From NCBI RefSeq assembly GCF_003334255.1, contig NZ_QOWU01000037.1: a DNA stretch of 51,502 bases; one strand, 5' to 3'. Positions 18,469 to 27,915 of this stretch are shown piece by piece (within the stretch, counting starts at the first letter, position 1; each line of letters opens with the position of its first letter). This DNA is from Escherichia coli (GTDB taxonomy: Bacteria > Pseudomonadota > Gammaproteobacteria > Enterobacterales > Enterobacteriaceae). The position numbers were made by a program, and so were the translations under genes. Under the pieces are notes generated by a model. The model saw only the letters and a list, made by a program, of their open reading frames with translations. It made no database searches and was not told where the DNA came from.

Positions 18469-20202
18469 TTAAAGCGAGCGGATCCCGTAGGACTCAATGT
18501 GATCAGACAGCGTGTCTTCTTTCTCGTACAGCATGGCTCTGCCAACCGCCATAATCAGCGCAACTGCACCATCAATTTTGTTTTCCGCCTGCTCCTTGAC
18601 GGGCTTCACCACATCATCGTTACCCGGAATGGTTTTGCCGACCACGTTGCCGATACACCAGGTCATGATGGGATTGCCGTCATGATGAAAACGCCCCGAT
18701 TCAATTGCCGCTTCCAGCTCTTTCATCGGGTCGGACATGTTGGTGTAGTTCTGAATGATGGTGATGGGGTTCAGGTCTTCATCCGCAAGGTCATGCGACA
18801 GCCCGGTCGCCCCGAAGGGGTCGATGGGTGACTCACTGACCGGGCTGATTTTGTTCGCCGCTTTGGCCTCCTCGAGGATGTAGCGATAATCCACCTCCGC
18901 ACCATCGGTAACGGTCAGAACGCCCATTTCCACCCATTTCTGAAAGCGCTCGGCTGTCCGGCGATCTTCATTTTTCTCGACGCTGTACACCGTGTCATAC
19001 GGTACCCAGAAGCGCGGAGCCACACTGTAGTAATGCGTTTTACCGTCAATCTCGCGGGTATAAAGTCGCGCCATACTGTTCATATCCAGCTTACGCGCCA
19101 GGTCAAAGGCCAGAATGCACGGCTGCCCCTCAAACTGCTCAAGGGTCAGTGATTTATTCTCGCAGCTCTGCCAGCTCACCAGGTTGAAATACGCCGAACG
19201 CGCCGACACCCAGATATTGAGGTGTTTTGTTTTAAAGACGTTTGCCAGACGGGCGTTATTTTTCGCACGTTGCTGCTGGCTTAACAAAAACTCGCGATAA
19301 ACCGACACACCGATATTCGGGTTAGCTTTTTCAAGTACCTGCGGGTCGGTCCAGTCGTCGCCTTCGTCAACGGTATAGATGATCCCGAACAGTTCATCGT
19401 TGGGCACCGAGCCGTTGAGCATCTCGATGACTTCCCGCCGTTTGTCGTAGCACGGCCCCTCAATGTTGTACCCGGCGGTGGTAATGGCCCACATCAGTGG
19501 CTGGCGTCGCGCCCCCATCCCGGTAAGCATCGTGGTGTAAAGCGCATCTGTGGCGTGCTCGTGATATTCATCCACCACGGCACAGTGGGGTGATGAACCA
19601 TCACCAGGGTTACCGATCAGCGGTTCAAACCGCGCACCATCCTCCGGACGGTTCATGTTTGAGGCGTTAACCTCAATCCCGAACGCTTCCGTCAGCATGG
19701 GTGTGCGTTTACACATCAGTCGTGCCGGACGAAAGACTTCCCATGCCTGTTTCTCCGTCGTGGCACCGGAATACACTTCCGCGCCGAACTCGTTATCACA
19801 GGCAAAACAATACAGGGCAACACCGGCAGAGATTGCCGATTTGCCGTTCTTACGGGGAATTTCGGTATACACCTCCCGGAAGCGGCGCAACCGGGTGCCT
19901 TTATTGACCCAGCCAAACGCACAGCAGATCACAAAGAGCTGCCACGGCTCCAGCGTGATGGGCATCCGTTTAAATGCCCACTCACCCTTGGTGTGCGGCA
20001 ACAGCTGAATAAATTTCGCGGCCCGTTCAGCCAGGTCCTTGTCGAAGCGGTAACGAAACGACTTACTTTTTTCCTCCATCAGGTCATCAAGATGGCGCTG
20101 GCAGGCCTGAATCACAAACTGGCAGGCCACAATCTTTCCGCGCACGACATCACGGGCATACTGATTGGCAGCATTTACGTTGGGGTAAGATTTCCGGCTC
20201 AT
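18469..20202 (-). CDS. Terminase large subunit
   Basis: 577 aa. An ATPase Walker-like segment (IPRKNGKS) is followed by a nuclease domain. Confidence 0.9.
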   Translation of the reverse strand: MSRKSYPNVNAANQYARDVVRGKIVACQFVIQACQRHLDDLMEEKSKSFRYRFDKDLAERAAKFIQLLPHTKGEWAFKRMPITLEPWQLFVICCAFGWVNKGTRLRRFREVYTEIPRKNGKSAISAGVALYCFACDNEFGAEVYSGATTEKQAWEVFRPARLMCKRTPMLTEAFGIEVNASNMNRPEDGARFEPLIGNPGDGSSPHCAVVDEYHEHATDALYTTMLTGMGARRQPLMWAITTAGYNIEGPCYDKRREVIEMLNGSVPNDELFGIIYTVDEGDDWTDPQVLEKANPNIGVSVYREFLLSQQQRAKNNARLANVFKTKHLNIWVSARSAYFNLVSWQSCENKSLTLEQFEGQPCILAFDLARKLDMNSMARLYTREIDGKTHYYSVAPRFWVPYDTVYSVEKNEDRRTAERFQKWVEMGVLTVTDGAEVDYRYILEEAKAANKISPVSESPIDPFGATGLSHDLADEDLNPITIIQNYTNMSDPMKELEAAIESGRFHHDGNPIMTWCIGNVVGKTIPGNDDVVKPVKEQAENKIDGAVALIMAVGRAMLYEKEDTLSDHIESYGIRSL

Positions 20203-20702
20203 GATTCGATGATTTTCAGAAACGGGTTAGTGGCTTTCTTCTGCCCCGCCAGGCCAATCAGACGCTGGCGGCTGCTGGGGTCGAGTCCGAGCATTGCCCC
20301 CGTACTGCTCATCTCGGACTCCTGTTCTTTTTTGGCGGTCAGCTCCGGATTTTTGACCATACCGCCCATTGCACCGGTGATGGTGTTGCCCTGTCTGGCA
20401 ATATTTTTCACGGCACGTCGCCAGAACTCGTAGGCCACGCACCACCGCTCAAGCACCGCGAGGTCAGTCACGCACAGCAGACCCTGACCGCAGAGTTCTT
20501 TAGTTGTCAGTTGCCACATGATCGTAGCGAGAGGGAGATCTTCTTCAGCGAACCACTCCGGTGGCTCAACACCTTTGATGGGCGTAAAAACAGGTTCATC
20601 TTTATTCAGGGCTCGCTTGCCGGGGTTTCCGGCCAGCGCCTTGCGCGCCGTTGGCTTGGGGCGACGCCCGGAACGCCCCGCCGTTCCAGCCATATGCGGC
20701 AC
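20199..20702 (-). CDS. Terminase small subunit, P27 family
   Basis: 167 aa. The N-terminus [29 protein letters not shown] is typical of the P27 family. Confidence 0.8.
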   Translation of the reverse strand: MPHMAGTAGRSGRRPKPTARKALAGNPGKRALNKDEPVFTPIKGVEPPEWFAEEDLPLATIMWQLTTKELCGQGLLCVTDLAVLERWCVAYEFWRRAVKNIARQGNTITGAMGGMVKNPELTAKKEQESEMSSTGAMLGLDPSSRQRLIGLAGQKKATNPFLKIIES

Positions 20703-20743
20703 TCCTGGTTAAATTTCATTTTTCGCGGGTATAAAAAAACGAT

Positions 20744-20792
20744 GGGGCGGGCAGTCCGGAAGACGTCAGGTCACAGAGATTTGACCCGCCCC
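20744..20792. other. Candidate cos/packaging-recognition region (GC inverted repeat between HNH and terS)
   Basis: ggggcggg (20744-20751) and cccgcccc (20785-20792) lie in the only intergenic gap of the HNH-TerS-TerL module. Confidence 0.3.
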
Positions 20793-20818
20793 TCCCCTCA
20801 GACAGTTGAGAATTATTA

Positions 20819-21169
20819 TCACTTTAGCCGTTCACGGGCCGTCTTCGCCTTATGGCACGGCCAGCACAGGCTCTGCAGATTACTGTCTGCATCGGTGCCG
20901 CCATGCGCTTTAGGGATGATGTGGTCAACGGTTTTCGCCTCACGCACCACACCAGCACGCAGACATAACTGACACAGGCCTTTGTCACGCTTCAATATGC
21001 GCGCGCGGATACTGTCCCACTTCGAACCGTAGCCGCGCTGATGACGGGATTGCCCCGGCTTGTATTGTTTCCAGCCTTCGCTTTTGTGGCTTTCGCAATA
21101 GCCTGACGGGTCAGTCGTGGTATGGCGGCAGCCGCGAACACGGCAGGCTTTTGGGATTCGTGATGGCAT
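20819..21169 (-). CDS. HNH endonuclease (terminase-associated, HK97 gp74-like role)
   Basis: Cys-rich N-terminus plus VDHIIPKAHGGTDADSNLQSLCWPCHKAKT. The Met at 21169 is chosen as the start. Confidence 0.85.
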   Translation of the reverse strand: MPSRIPKACRVRGCRHTTTDPSGYCESHKSEGWKQYKPGQSRHQRGYGSKWDSIRARILKRDKGLCQLCLRAGVVREAKTVDHIIPKAHGGTDADSNLQSLCWPCHKAKTARERLK

Positions 21170-21289
21170 ATGTACTCCAATGAAGAAGCCACCGACATAG
21201 CCTCCTCCATTCATCGTGAAACTATTTTCATCTACGCAGTCATGAATTCTTTGTAGAGTTGTGATCAATACAACTCACTAATGGAGAGG

Positions 21290-21326
21290 CTTGTCCAACA
21301 CGTTGGACAAGTTTCCTGTTTGATTT
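21290..21326 (+). terminator. Rho-independent terminator-like hairpin with no obvious upstream + strand gene
   Basis: Perfect 9-bp stem cttgtccaa/ttggacaag with a 4-nt loop, followed by tttcctgtttgattt. Confidence 0.45.
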
Positions 21327-21391
21327 ACTGGACACTATAGAAGGACAGAATGCCTTCCTCACTCGAATAACATTAATTAAGGAGGTTCAAC

Positions 21392-21514
21392 ATGTTTCAT
21401 TCCACAAATCATCAGGCTGTAATTATGGCTGTATCAGTTTGTGCCACAGACCTTTTCCGCTTCACTTTGAGCCTGATTCATTTCTACCTGACCGGCTCGC
21501 CTCTATCTTTTTAA
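21392..21514 (+). CDS. Hypothetical 40-aa hydrophobic peptide with a strong Shine-Dalgarno; not in the ORF track
   Basis: AAGGAGG lies 6 nt upstream of the ATG. Translation: MFHSTNHQAVIMAVSVCATDLFRFTLSLIHFYLTGSPLSF. Confidence 0.3.
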   Translation: MFHSTNHQAVIMAVSVCATDLFRFTLSLIHFYLTGSPLSF

Positions 21515-21694
21515 TCCCCGCTTTATCCAAATTGCATTGCCAGAATGCCGACAACAGACTGACATTCAAATCCTGACTACCTCCAATAGTCTGACCGTAC
21601 ACCTATATAGTTTTAAATTTCATCAATCCATTTAACTATCGTTTAATTGTTGTCACATAGGATTCTGCCGTTTTTAACAATGCAGGATAATAAG

Positions 21695-21988
21695 ATGAAA
21701 AAAATGTTGTTTTCTGCCGCTCTGGCAATGCTTATTACAGGATGTGCTCAACAGACGTTTACTGTTGGAAACAAACCGACAGCAGTAACGCCAAAGGAAA
21801 CCATCACCCATCATTTCTTCGTTTCGGGAATTGGACAGGAGAAAACTGTTGATGCAGCCAAAATTTGTGGCGGCGCAGAAAATGTTGTTAAAACAGAAAC
21901 CCAGCAAACATTCGTAAATGGATTGCTCGGTTTTATTACTTTAGGCATTTATACTCCGCTGGAAGCGCGTGTGTATTGCTCACAATAA
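21695..21988 (+). CDS. bor: Bor lipoprotein (serum-resistance moron)
   Basis: MKKMLFSAALAMLITGCAQQTFTVGNKPTAV... includes the lipobox LITGC and is near-identical to lambda/DLP12 Bor as recalled. Confidence 0.9.
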   Translation: MKKMLFSAALAMLITGCAQQTFTVGNKPTAVTPKETITHHFFVSGIGQEKTVDAAKICGGAENVVKTETQQTFVNGLLGFITLGIYTPLEARVYCSQ

Positions 21989-22019
21989 TTGCATGAGTTG
22001 CCCATCGATATGGGCAGCT

Positions 22020-22481
22020 CTATCTGCACTGCTCATTAATATACTTCTGGGTTCCTTCCAGTTGTTTTTGCATAGTGATCAGCCTCTCTCTGAGGGTGAA
22101 ATAATCCTGTTCAGCGGTGTCTGCCAGTCGGGGGGAGGCTGCATTATCCACGCCGGAGGCGGTGGTGGCTTCACGCACTGACTGACAGACTGCTTTGATG
22201 TGCAACCGACGACGACCAGCGGCAACATCATCACGCAGAGCATCATTTTCAGCTTTCGCATCAGCTAACTCCTTCGTGTATTTTGCATCGAGCGCAGCAA
22301 CATCACGCTGACGCATCTGCATGTCAGTAATTGCCGCGTTCGCCAGCTTCAGTTCTTTGGCATTTTTGTCGCGCTGGGCTTTATAGGTAATGGCGTTATC
22401 ACGGTAATGATTAACAGCCCATGACAGGCAGACGATGATGCAGATAACCAGAGCGGAGATAATCGCGGTTACTCTGTTCAT
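22020..22481 (-). CDS. Rz: Spanin inner-membrane subunit Rz
   Basis: [39 protein letters not shown]... is RzpD-like. Confidence 0.9.
   Translation of the reverse strand: MNRVTAIISALVICIIVCLSWAVNHYRDNAITYKAQRDKNAKELKLANAAITDMQMRQRDVAALDAKYTKELADAKAENDALRDDVAAGRRRLHIKAVCQSVREATTASGVDNAASPRLADTAEQDYFTLRERLITMQKQLEGTQKYINEQCR
22079..22261 (-). CDS. Rz1: Spanin outer-membrane lipoprotein Rz1 (embedded in Rz, +1 frame)
   Basis: [23 protein letters not shown]... has a lipobox and a Pro-rich mature part. Confidence 0.85.
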   Translation of the reverse strand: MRKLKMMLCVMMLPLVVVGCTSKQSVSQCVKPPPPPAWIMQPPPDWQTPLNRIISPSERG

Positions 22482-22975
22482 TGCTGACCCCACAAACAGA
22501 TTTCACGCTCAATCTCACGACGAGTCATGAGACCTTTCCATTGCTTACCGCCAGCATATGTCCAGCGACGTAACTGATCACATGCGCCTTTGATATCGCC
22601 CTGGTTTATTTTGCGAAGAAGCGTCGATGTTCTGAAATTGCCAGCACCCACGTTGTAAACGAATGAGTAAAGAGCGCCGCGCGTTGTTTCCGGTATATCG
22701 ACTTCGATGTATGGGTTAATTTGTCTGGCGACAGTGGCAAGGTCTTTATTCAAGAGTGCTTTGCATTCTGCTTTGGTATACGTTTTACCGAGCATGATGT
22801 CTTTTCCTGTATGCCCGTGACATACGGTCCATACACCAACAATATCTTTGTATGGTATGTAGCTGACACCTTCCAGACCATCGTTACCACTTGGGCCAGT
22901 GATTAACACTGATGCTATAGCAATTGCTCCGCCACCAATAGCAGCAGCAACGGCTTTTCGTAATGATGGAGGCAT
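22478..22975 (-). CDS. SAR endolysin (phage-21 R / RrrD-type lysozyme)
   Basis: An N-terminal signal-arrest-release helix ([18 protein letters not shown]) is followed by a T4-lysozyme-like core. Confidence 0.9.
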   Translation of the reverse strand: MPPSLRKAVAAAIGGGAIAIASVLITGPSGNDGLEGVSYIPYKDIVGVWTVCHGHTGKDIMLGKTYTKAECKALLNKDLATVARQINPYIEVDIPETTRGALYSFVYNVGAGNFRTSTLLRKINQGDIKGACDQLRRWTYAGGKQWKGLMTRREIEREICLWGQQ

Positions 22976-23190
22976 TATTCACCTCTCGCAGCCTTGCGCT
23001 TATCTTCTTTAATCTTGAAATAAAGGTTTGTCAGGTACGTCAGCAGGCCAAATACCAGGCTACCCAGCACACCTATTGCTGCCCACTGTGAGGGCGTGAC
23101 TTTATCGAGCAGCTGTAAAAACCAGTAACCGGCACTACCTGCTGAGGTGCCATAGGCGACACCCGTTGTTAACTTATCCATGGATTTCAT
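22975..23190 (-). CDS. Pinholin (phage-21 S / EssD-type) with dual-start motif
   Basis: [30 protein letters not shown]... has Met1 and Met4 dual starts and two TMDs. Confidence 0.9.
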
Positions 23191-23778
23191 AACCCCACCT
23201 CGCAGACAAAGCGGGTGTAAATTGAGGGAATACAACGTATCGCAAAAAAGCAGAAACGTAACAGACTCGGAGTCAGTGAATAACTCAGGTATTGAGTTAT
23301 CAGCTAATATCGAGACTCAAAAAATGGAAAAACCAGCTCGACGGCGGGTTTAAGCTGTGTGACGAAGTAACCACTCTTAACAGCATAACCAATTTTTTAC
23401 GTACGTAAACCACTGAATGATATTTATGAGAATGCTACCGAGTGTTCAAAACACCACCACAAATACATAAGAAAACCTCAACAAATAACCAATAAATAAT
23501 TTCCGGCGTTATTTTTAGTTAATTTAAATTAAACCATCGAATTATAGACCCCCCATAAATAACAGCCATTAATATAAATTAGCTAATAGGTTTATTTTTG
23601 TTCAAATAAGAGCCATAAATAGGTTTCGATAGAAAAAGTTCAGATAAAAATAGAGATCTACTTCACAAATTAAATGAGAAACTAAAACTTACATCTTGAA
23701 ATAATCACATTGATTAGATGAATATTTATCGCGCAGTGACATCATTTTTTAATAATAGTTCAAAAAAAAGGGCTCACG

Positions 23779-24861
23779 ATGAAAAAATTAACAGTGGCAA
23801 TTTCTGCTGTAGCTGCATCAGTACTGATGGCGATGTCTGCTCAGGCAGCTGAAATTTATAATAAAGACAGTAACAAGCTGGATCTGTACGGGAAAGTTAA
23901 TGCTAAGCACTACTTCTCCTCTAATGATGCAGATGATGGTGATACTACTTATGCCCGTCTTGGCTTCAAAGGTGAAACCCAAATCAACGATCAACTGACT
24001 GGTTTCGGTCAGTGGGAATATGAATTCAAAGGCAACCGCGCTGAATCTCAAGGTTCCTCCAAAGATAAAACCCGTCTTGCCTTCGCTGGCCTGAAATTCG
24101 GTGACTACGGCTCCATCGATTACGGCCGTAACTACGGTGTAGCATACGACATCGGTGCGTGGACTGACGTCCTGCCAGAATTCGGTGGTGACACTTGGAC
24201 TCAAACAGATGTGTTCATGACTGGTCGCACCACTGGTGTTGCAACTTATCGTAACAACGACTTCTTTGGTCTGGTTGATGGTCTGAACTTTGCTGCTCAG
24301 TATCAGGGTAAAAATGACCGCACTGACGTAACTGAAGCTAATGGTGATGGTTTCGGTTTCTCCACTACTTATGAGTATGAAGGATTCGGTGTAGGTGCAA
24401 CCTATGCTAAATCTGATCGCACTAATAATCAGGTTATCTACGGTAACAACGGTCTGAATGCTTCTGGTCAAAATGCTGAAGTATGGGCAGCTGGTCTGAA
24501 ATATGATGCGAACAACATCTATCTGGCCACCACCTATTCTGAAACCCAGAACATGACTGTTTTTGGTAATAACCATATTGCCAACAAAGCACAAAACTTC
24601 GAAGCTGTTGCACAATATCAGTTCGACTTCGGCCTGCGTCCATCCGTTGCTTACCTGCATTCTAAAGGAAAAGACTTGGGTGTTTGGGGTGATCAGGACC
24701 TGGTTGAATATGTTGATGTAGGTGCAACCTATTACTTCAACAAAAATATGTCCACTTTTGTTGACTACAAAATCAACCTGATTGATAAGAGCGATTTCAC
24801 GAAAGCATCTGGCGTTGCTACCGATGATATCGTTGCTGTAGGTATGGTTTACCAGTTCTAA
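23779..24861 (+). CDS. nmpC: Phage-borne general porin (NmpC/Lc family moron)
   Basis: Signal peptide followed by [17 protein letters not shown]... and a C-terminal VGMVYQF. It is a paralogue of PhoE at 41335-42390. Confidence 0.9.
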   Translation: MKKLTVAISAVAASVLMAMSAQAAEIYNKDSNKLDLYGKVNAKHYFSSNDADDGDTTYARLGFKGETQINDQLTGFGQWEYEFKGNRAESQGSSKDKTRLAFAGLKFGDYGSIDYGRNYGVAYDIGAWTDVLPEFGGDTWTQTDVFMTGRTTGVATYRNNDFFGLVDGLNFAAQYQGKNDRTDVTEANGDGFGFSTTYEYEGFGVGATYAKSDRTNNQVIYGNNGLNASGQNAEVWAAGLKYDANNIYLATTYSETQNMTVFGNNHIANKAQNFEAVAQYQFDFGLRPSVAYLHSKGKDLGVWGDQDLVEYVDVGATYYFNKNMSTFVDYKINLIDKSDFTKASGVATDDIVAVGMVYQF

Positions 24862-25023
24862 TTTGATTACTAAAAGATATGTTGTGGGAGGCTTTGCCTC
24901 CCCAACATATAAGTGGCTCCCTCAAGCCACTTCCTTTAGAAGCACAACCTTGCTTCTAACTATACAAACCTTCTGTTATATATTACCCTTTATTTTTGGG
25001 GGCGTTTCAACGCCCCATTTTTA
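24862..25023 (+). ncRNA. Highly structured porin 3' region, candidate IpeX-like sRNA
   Basis: Four consecutive near-perfect hairpins (24877-24910, 24911-24932, 24936-24959, 24998-25016), the last with a T-run. In DLP12 the IpeX sRNA is described from the equivalent nmpC-downstream position (recalled). Confidence 0.4.
24998..25023 (+). terminator. Rho-independent terminator of the porin / 3' RNA
   Basis: ggggcg-tttcaa-cgcccc followed by atttttaa. Confidence 0.55.
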
Positions 25024-25049
25024 ATAACTTTTAGTAAATAATTGGCGTA

Positions 25050-25433
25050 TTAATTAGAGTTATTAACAACGATATCCATCTCTAACCGGATATCTAATGC
25101 CATTAACATCCCTTCAATTATGCCCTCAGCCTTCTGTAACCTTTTCCCGATATAACCATCAGAGCAGCAATGCTTACCTGCCAGTGACATGAATGTCATA
25201 CCGACTACATAATAATCTACTAATAAATCGTGCAAATCGCTGTTGTTCTTTTTCAGACGGGCCATGCACCCGCAAATGATCATCGCGTCATCGTCACAAC
25301 ATTGCGGGCGAGATTTTACTTTTGAAGTAATTAATCCCTTAAAACCGGCGGCAATGGACGACCAGGTCACATCTTCATGATTATTAGCCGCCCACGCTCC
25401 CCAACGCTCAAGAACCATCTGAATATCACGCAT
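25050..25433 (-). CDS. Late antiterminator Q (DLP12 QuuD-type)
   Basis: [24 protein letters not shown]... is a 127-aa form. The Met at 25433 is preferred as the start. Confidence 0.85.
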   Translation of the reverse strand: MRDIQMVLERWGAWAANNHEDVTWSSIAAGFKGLITSKVKSRPQCCDDDAMIICGCMARLKKNNSDLHDLLVDYYVVGMTFMSLAGKHCCSDGYIGKRLQKAEGIIEGMLMALDIRLEMDIVVNNSN

Positions 25434-25518
25434 CAACTTACTCCACAAAAATCAGACCAGAACGCCAATTACAAGCAAAAATCAACAAAACAGTATTAGT
25501 TGATTGTTATCTCTGACT

Positions 25519-25659
25519 TCATACTCCTGCTCCTGTCAGGGTTTTGGCGTAATTCTTCAGTATTCGGTAATCGGTCAAAACAGAACCGGGGAAACGATAT
25601 AAGCGCAGACGCCCCCAGCGGTGGCGAAGAAGTTCTGCCATATTAAACTCAAACATCAT
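25519..25659 (-). CDS. ylcG: YlcG-like small protein (46 aa); not in the ORF track
   Basis: Hand translation gives [46 protein letters not shown]. There is an ATGA overlap with the rusA stop. Confidence 0.6.
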   Translation of the reverse strand: MMFEFNMAELLRHRWGRLRLYRFPGSVLTDYRILKNYAKTLTGAGV

Positions 25660-26018
25660 TCATTCCCCATTTCGGTGATGGTCAGTTCCAGCCTCCCACC
25701 TTTGGTAACAGGCATCTTCACAACACGGTAATCAACGACCTGAGCATCATCCAGCCAGAAACCTGCTTTGGTGAGTGCGTCAAAAGCGGCTTTTTGCAGA
25801 TTATCCAGGTCACGGCGACGGCGATCCGGCATGTGGCACTCAATACGGATTTTCACTGGCATAGCCAGGCCGATATCCAGCATGGAGCCTTTGATGATTC
25901 GGGCGACGTTATCGCGGTATGCCTGCCCTTCTGCGCTGACGTGCGTGCGCCCGCGATTATGGCGGTAATAGCGATTATTGCTCGGAGGCCAGGGTAATGT
26001 GATGCTGTAGGTATTCAC
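25656..26018 (-). CDS. rusA: Holliday junction resolvase RusA
   Basis: [38 protein letters not shown]..., 120 aa. Confidence 0.9.
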   Translation of the reverse strand: MNTYSITLPWPPSNNRYYRHNRGRTHVSAEGQAYRDNVARIIKGSMLDIGLAMPVKIRIECHMPDRRRRDLDNLQKAAFDALTKAGFWLDDAQVVDYRVVKMPVTKGGRLELTITEMGNE

Positions 26019-26305
26019 GCCTTAATTACCCCCTCTTTCAGCCAGATAACCTGCGTTCTCGCCATACCTTCCAGCGCGCATTCTTTTGCATATCCAGCGT
26101 CAACAAAATGCGTGCGGCGGTCGATTTCGTCGTGGCAGGCAGAACATGCAATGGTGGCAATCAGGTCTGGCGGTTTCGTACCGGTGCCGCACAATCCAGT
26201 CAGCCGGATATGTGCCAGTACAGACGTTTCAGGGTTGCCATTACATACGCCAGGGATTCTTACCTGGCATTCCCGACCACGCGCTGCTTTTCTCAAATCA
26301 GCCAT
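26015..26305 (-). CDS. ybcO: YbcO-like (DUF1364) putative nuclease
   Basis: [34 protein letters not shown]...[10 protein letters not shown] Cys/His metal-binding pattern is present. Confidence 0.75.
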   Translation of the reverse strand: MADLRKAARGRECQVRIPGVCNGNPETSVLAHIRLTGLCGTGTKPPDLIATIACSACHDEIDRRTHFVDAGYAKECALEGMARTQVIWLKEGVIKA

Positions 26306-26468
26306 GATTCCTCCTTGCTGCCAGTCGCAACCATTTTTTATCAACCAGGCTAGCGGTATATCCGAGCAGTGTTGGTATTTCGGATGGTTTCAGCTCAGGC
26401 TTACGCTTACGACGATTTGGTACTCTGTAGATGTGTCCGTTCATGACACGAATAAGCGGTGTAGCCAT
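26298..26468 (-). CDS. ninE: NinE (56 aa); not in the ORF track
   Basis: Hand translation gives [56 protein letters not shown]. Both ends overlap the neighbouring genes. Confidence 0.65.
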   Translation of the reverse strand: MATPLIRVMNGHIYRVPNRRKRKPELKPSEIPTLLGYTASLVDKKWLRLAARRNHG

Positions 26469-26923
26469 TACGCCTCCTGCTTGTCGCGCAGCAGCTGGAA
26501 CTCGCAGCTCTGCGGAATAGTCAGGTGGCAGCCAATATTCATCGCCCAGGCTTCAACCTTACACAGGAAGACATACATCTCTCCGCTATCAAGATTGGAG
26601 GTATGACGTAATGACTGAATGGTGGTGATTTCACCGGTTACGACATCAACCAGTTCTTTGGTTTCATAACCGAGATAAGTGTGTTTGAGAGCATCTTTTA
26701 CCCAAGCTGGAGTGGCGAACGTTTTACCCCTGCTGATGAGGTATTCACTGATTTCGCTGTACCACATGTGGCTGAGTGCATTCTGGGAAAGACTGCGTCT
26801 CTCGCGCCACGGTTTAAGCACCATGCGAAAGCATTTGCCGTCCTCCAGATAAGGCTGGATCTGCTGGCCGATAGCGGTGAAGTTACCGCGATGCAATTTG
26901 ATACCATCTTGTGGGAGGTTCAC
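26468..26923 (-). CDS. ybcN: YbcN-like (DUF1367) nin-region protein
   Basis: GTG start with a GGAGG Shine-Dalgarno. [39 protein letters not shown]... matches DLP12 YbcN as recalled. Confidence 0.8.
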   Translation of the reverse strand: MNLPQDGIKLHRGNFTAIGQQIQPYLEDGKCFRMVLKPWRERRSLSQNALSHMWYSEISEYLISRGKTFATPAWVKDALKHTYLGYETKELVDVVTGEITTIQSLRHTSNLDSGEMYVFLCKVEAWAMNIGCHLTIPQSCEFQLLRDKQEA

Positions 26924-27110
26924 GCTTCACCTCCGCAGAGATCAAACGCTGGATGCAAAATATCGCAGGTGCATTTCTGCATCTGTGAATGGAGAAGAGA
27001 GGTTGGATTGTATGTGCGCATAAACGTCCCCGTTTAGCGCAGAAGTCACCGGAGTTGTTCAGGCTCCGATGACATGATTATGGCGGGTTGATTATGGAAA
27101 ATCAATCAAG

Positions 27111-27620
27111 CTATGTTTCATCGGCGAGGTCATCATCTGTGACAATCATGAGGTTAAAGAATGAAATAATGTTTAACCACTGCGAGTAAATATCGCTCGT
27201 CATGCTGGTTAGCTCCTCTCCGTGAAAGAAGGCATCAGGCCCAACCTCATAGTTGAGCTCTTCAAAAAGCTCCATGTTTAATTGGCTAATAAAGAATTGC
27301 TTCAGACCTTTCATTGCATCCTGATTGTTGGTATCTGAGTAATTTATTATGCTCCCCATTGCCATGTTCAAACATCGAACAATATTGGCTGCGTCATGAA
27401 AGCTCCAGTCAGCCCCTTTCTTTCCTTTTGAGTATGAATTCGCTCTCTCAGCGCAAGCTTTTAATGTCTCGTACAAATACTGCTTTCCTTGCAACTGCAA
27501 AGCTTTTTCGGATGTGGCCCTGCTAGCTTCTGAGGATCGCCATGCTAAATAAGTTGCTACCGCAGATGCGATAGCTGCAATCGCAGAAACTGCATCTATA
27601 CCGTTATCCCAACCAGACAT
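27111..27620 (-). CDS. AT-rich moron: N-terminally membrane-anchored protein of unknown function
   Basis: 169 aa. One TM helix (GIDAVSAIAAIASAVATYLAW) is followed by a helical soluble domain. Base composition is clearly AT-richer than the flanking nin genes. Confidence 0.6.
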   Translation of the reverse strand: MSGWDNGIDAVSAIAAIASAVATYLAWRSSEASRATSEKALQLQGKQYLYETLKACAERANSYSKGKKGADWSFHDAANIVRCLNMAMGSIINYSDTNNQDAMKGLKQFFISQLNMELFEELNYEVGPDAFFHGEELTSMTSDIYSQWLNIISFFNLMIVTDDDLADET

Positions 27621-27646
27621 AAAAACCCCCTCGATTATTTGAGGGG
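27621..27646 (-). terminator. nin-region intrinsic terminator abutting the moron start codon
   Basis: On the minus strand: cccctc-aaataatc-gagggg then TTTTT, followed directly by the ATG at 27620. The descending stem arm doubles as the only Shine-Dalgarno-like sequence. Confidence 0.5.
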
Positions 27647-27669
27647 ATTATACCTTCAAAGTTTCCGCG

Positions 27670-27864
27670 CTACCCATTCATAACTAAAGCTTTTGCTTTC
27701 CAATGAGAAAGCGCGCTATGTTCGCTAGAACCTGTTTCGACTATATGGCGCCCCCAGGAATCTCCCCATGCTCTCCACGTTGACTTGCCGGTTTGGACTA
27801 CTGTGACAACATACTCTTTGCCGTCGATGTTAACTTCATGCTGCACTGGTGATTGTGATTTCAT
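27670..27864 (-). CDS. Hypothetical small protein (64 aa from MKSQ; 73 aa if started at 27891)
   Basis: AGAGG lies 8 nt upstream of the ATG at 27864. No recognisable motif. Confidence 0.45.
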   Translation of the reverse strand: MKSQSPVQHEVNIDGKEYVVTVVQTGKSTWRAWGDSWGRHIVETGSSEHSALSHWKAKALVMNG

Positions 27865-27915
27865 TTTCAAACCTCTGCTTATCGTTGACATCGCAATTAT
27901 GCTGTCACGACATAA

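Noticed and set aside
23818-24660. 280-aa minus-strand ORF antisense to the porin gene. Similar long antisense ORFs occur at 13189-13779, 5400-5858, 7588-8085, 9817-10242, 34332-34808 and 45564-46025.
   Set aside because: Each lies opposite a gene with strong protein-level identification and has low-complexity or atypical composition. These are treated as shadow ORFs.
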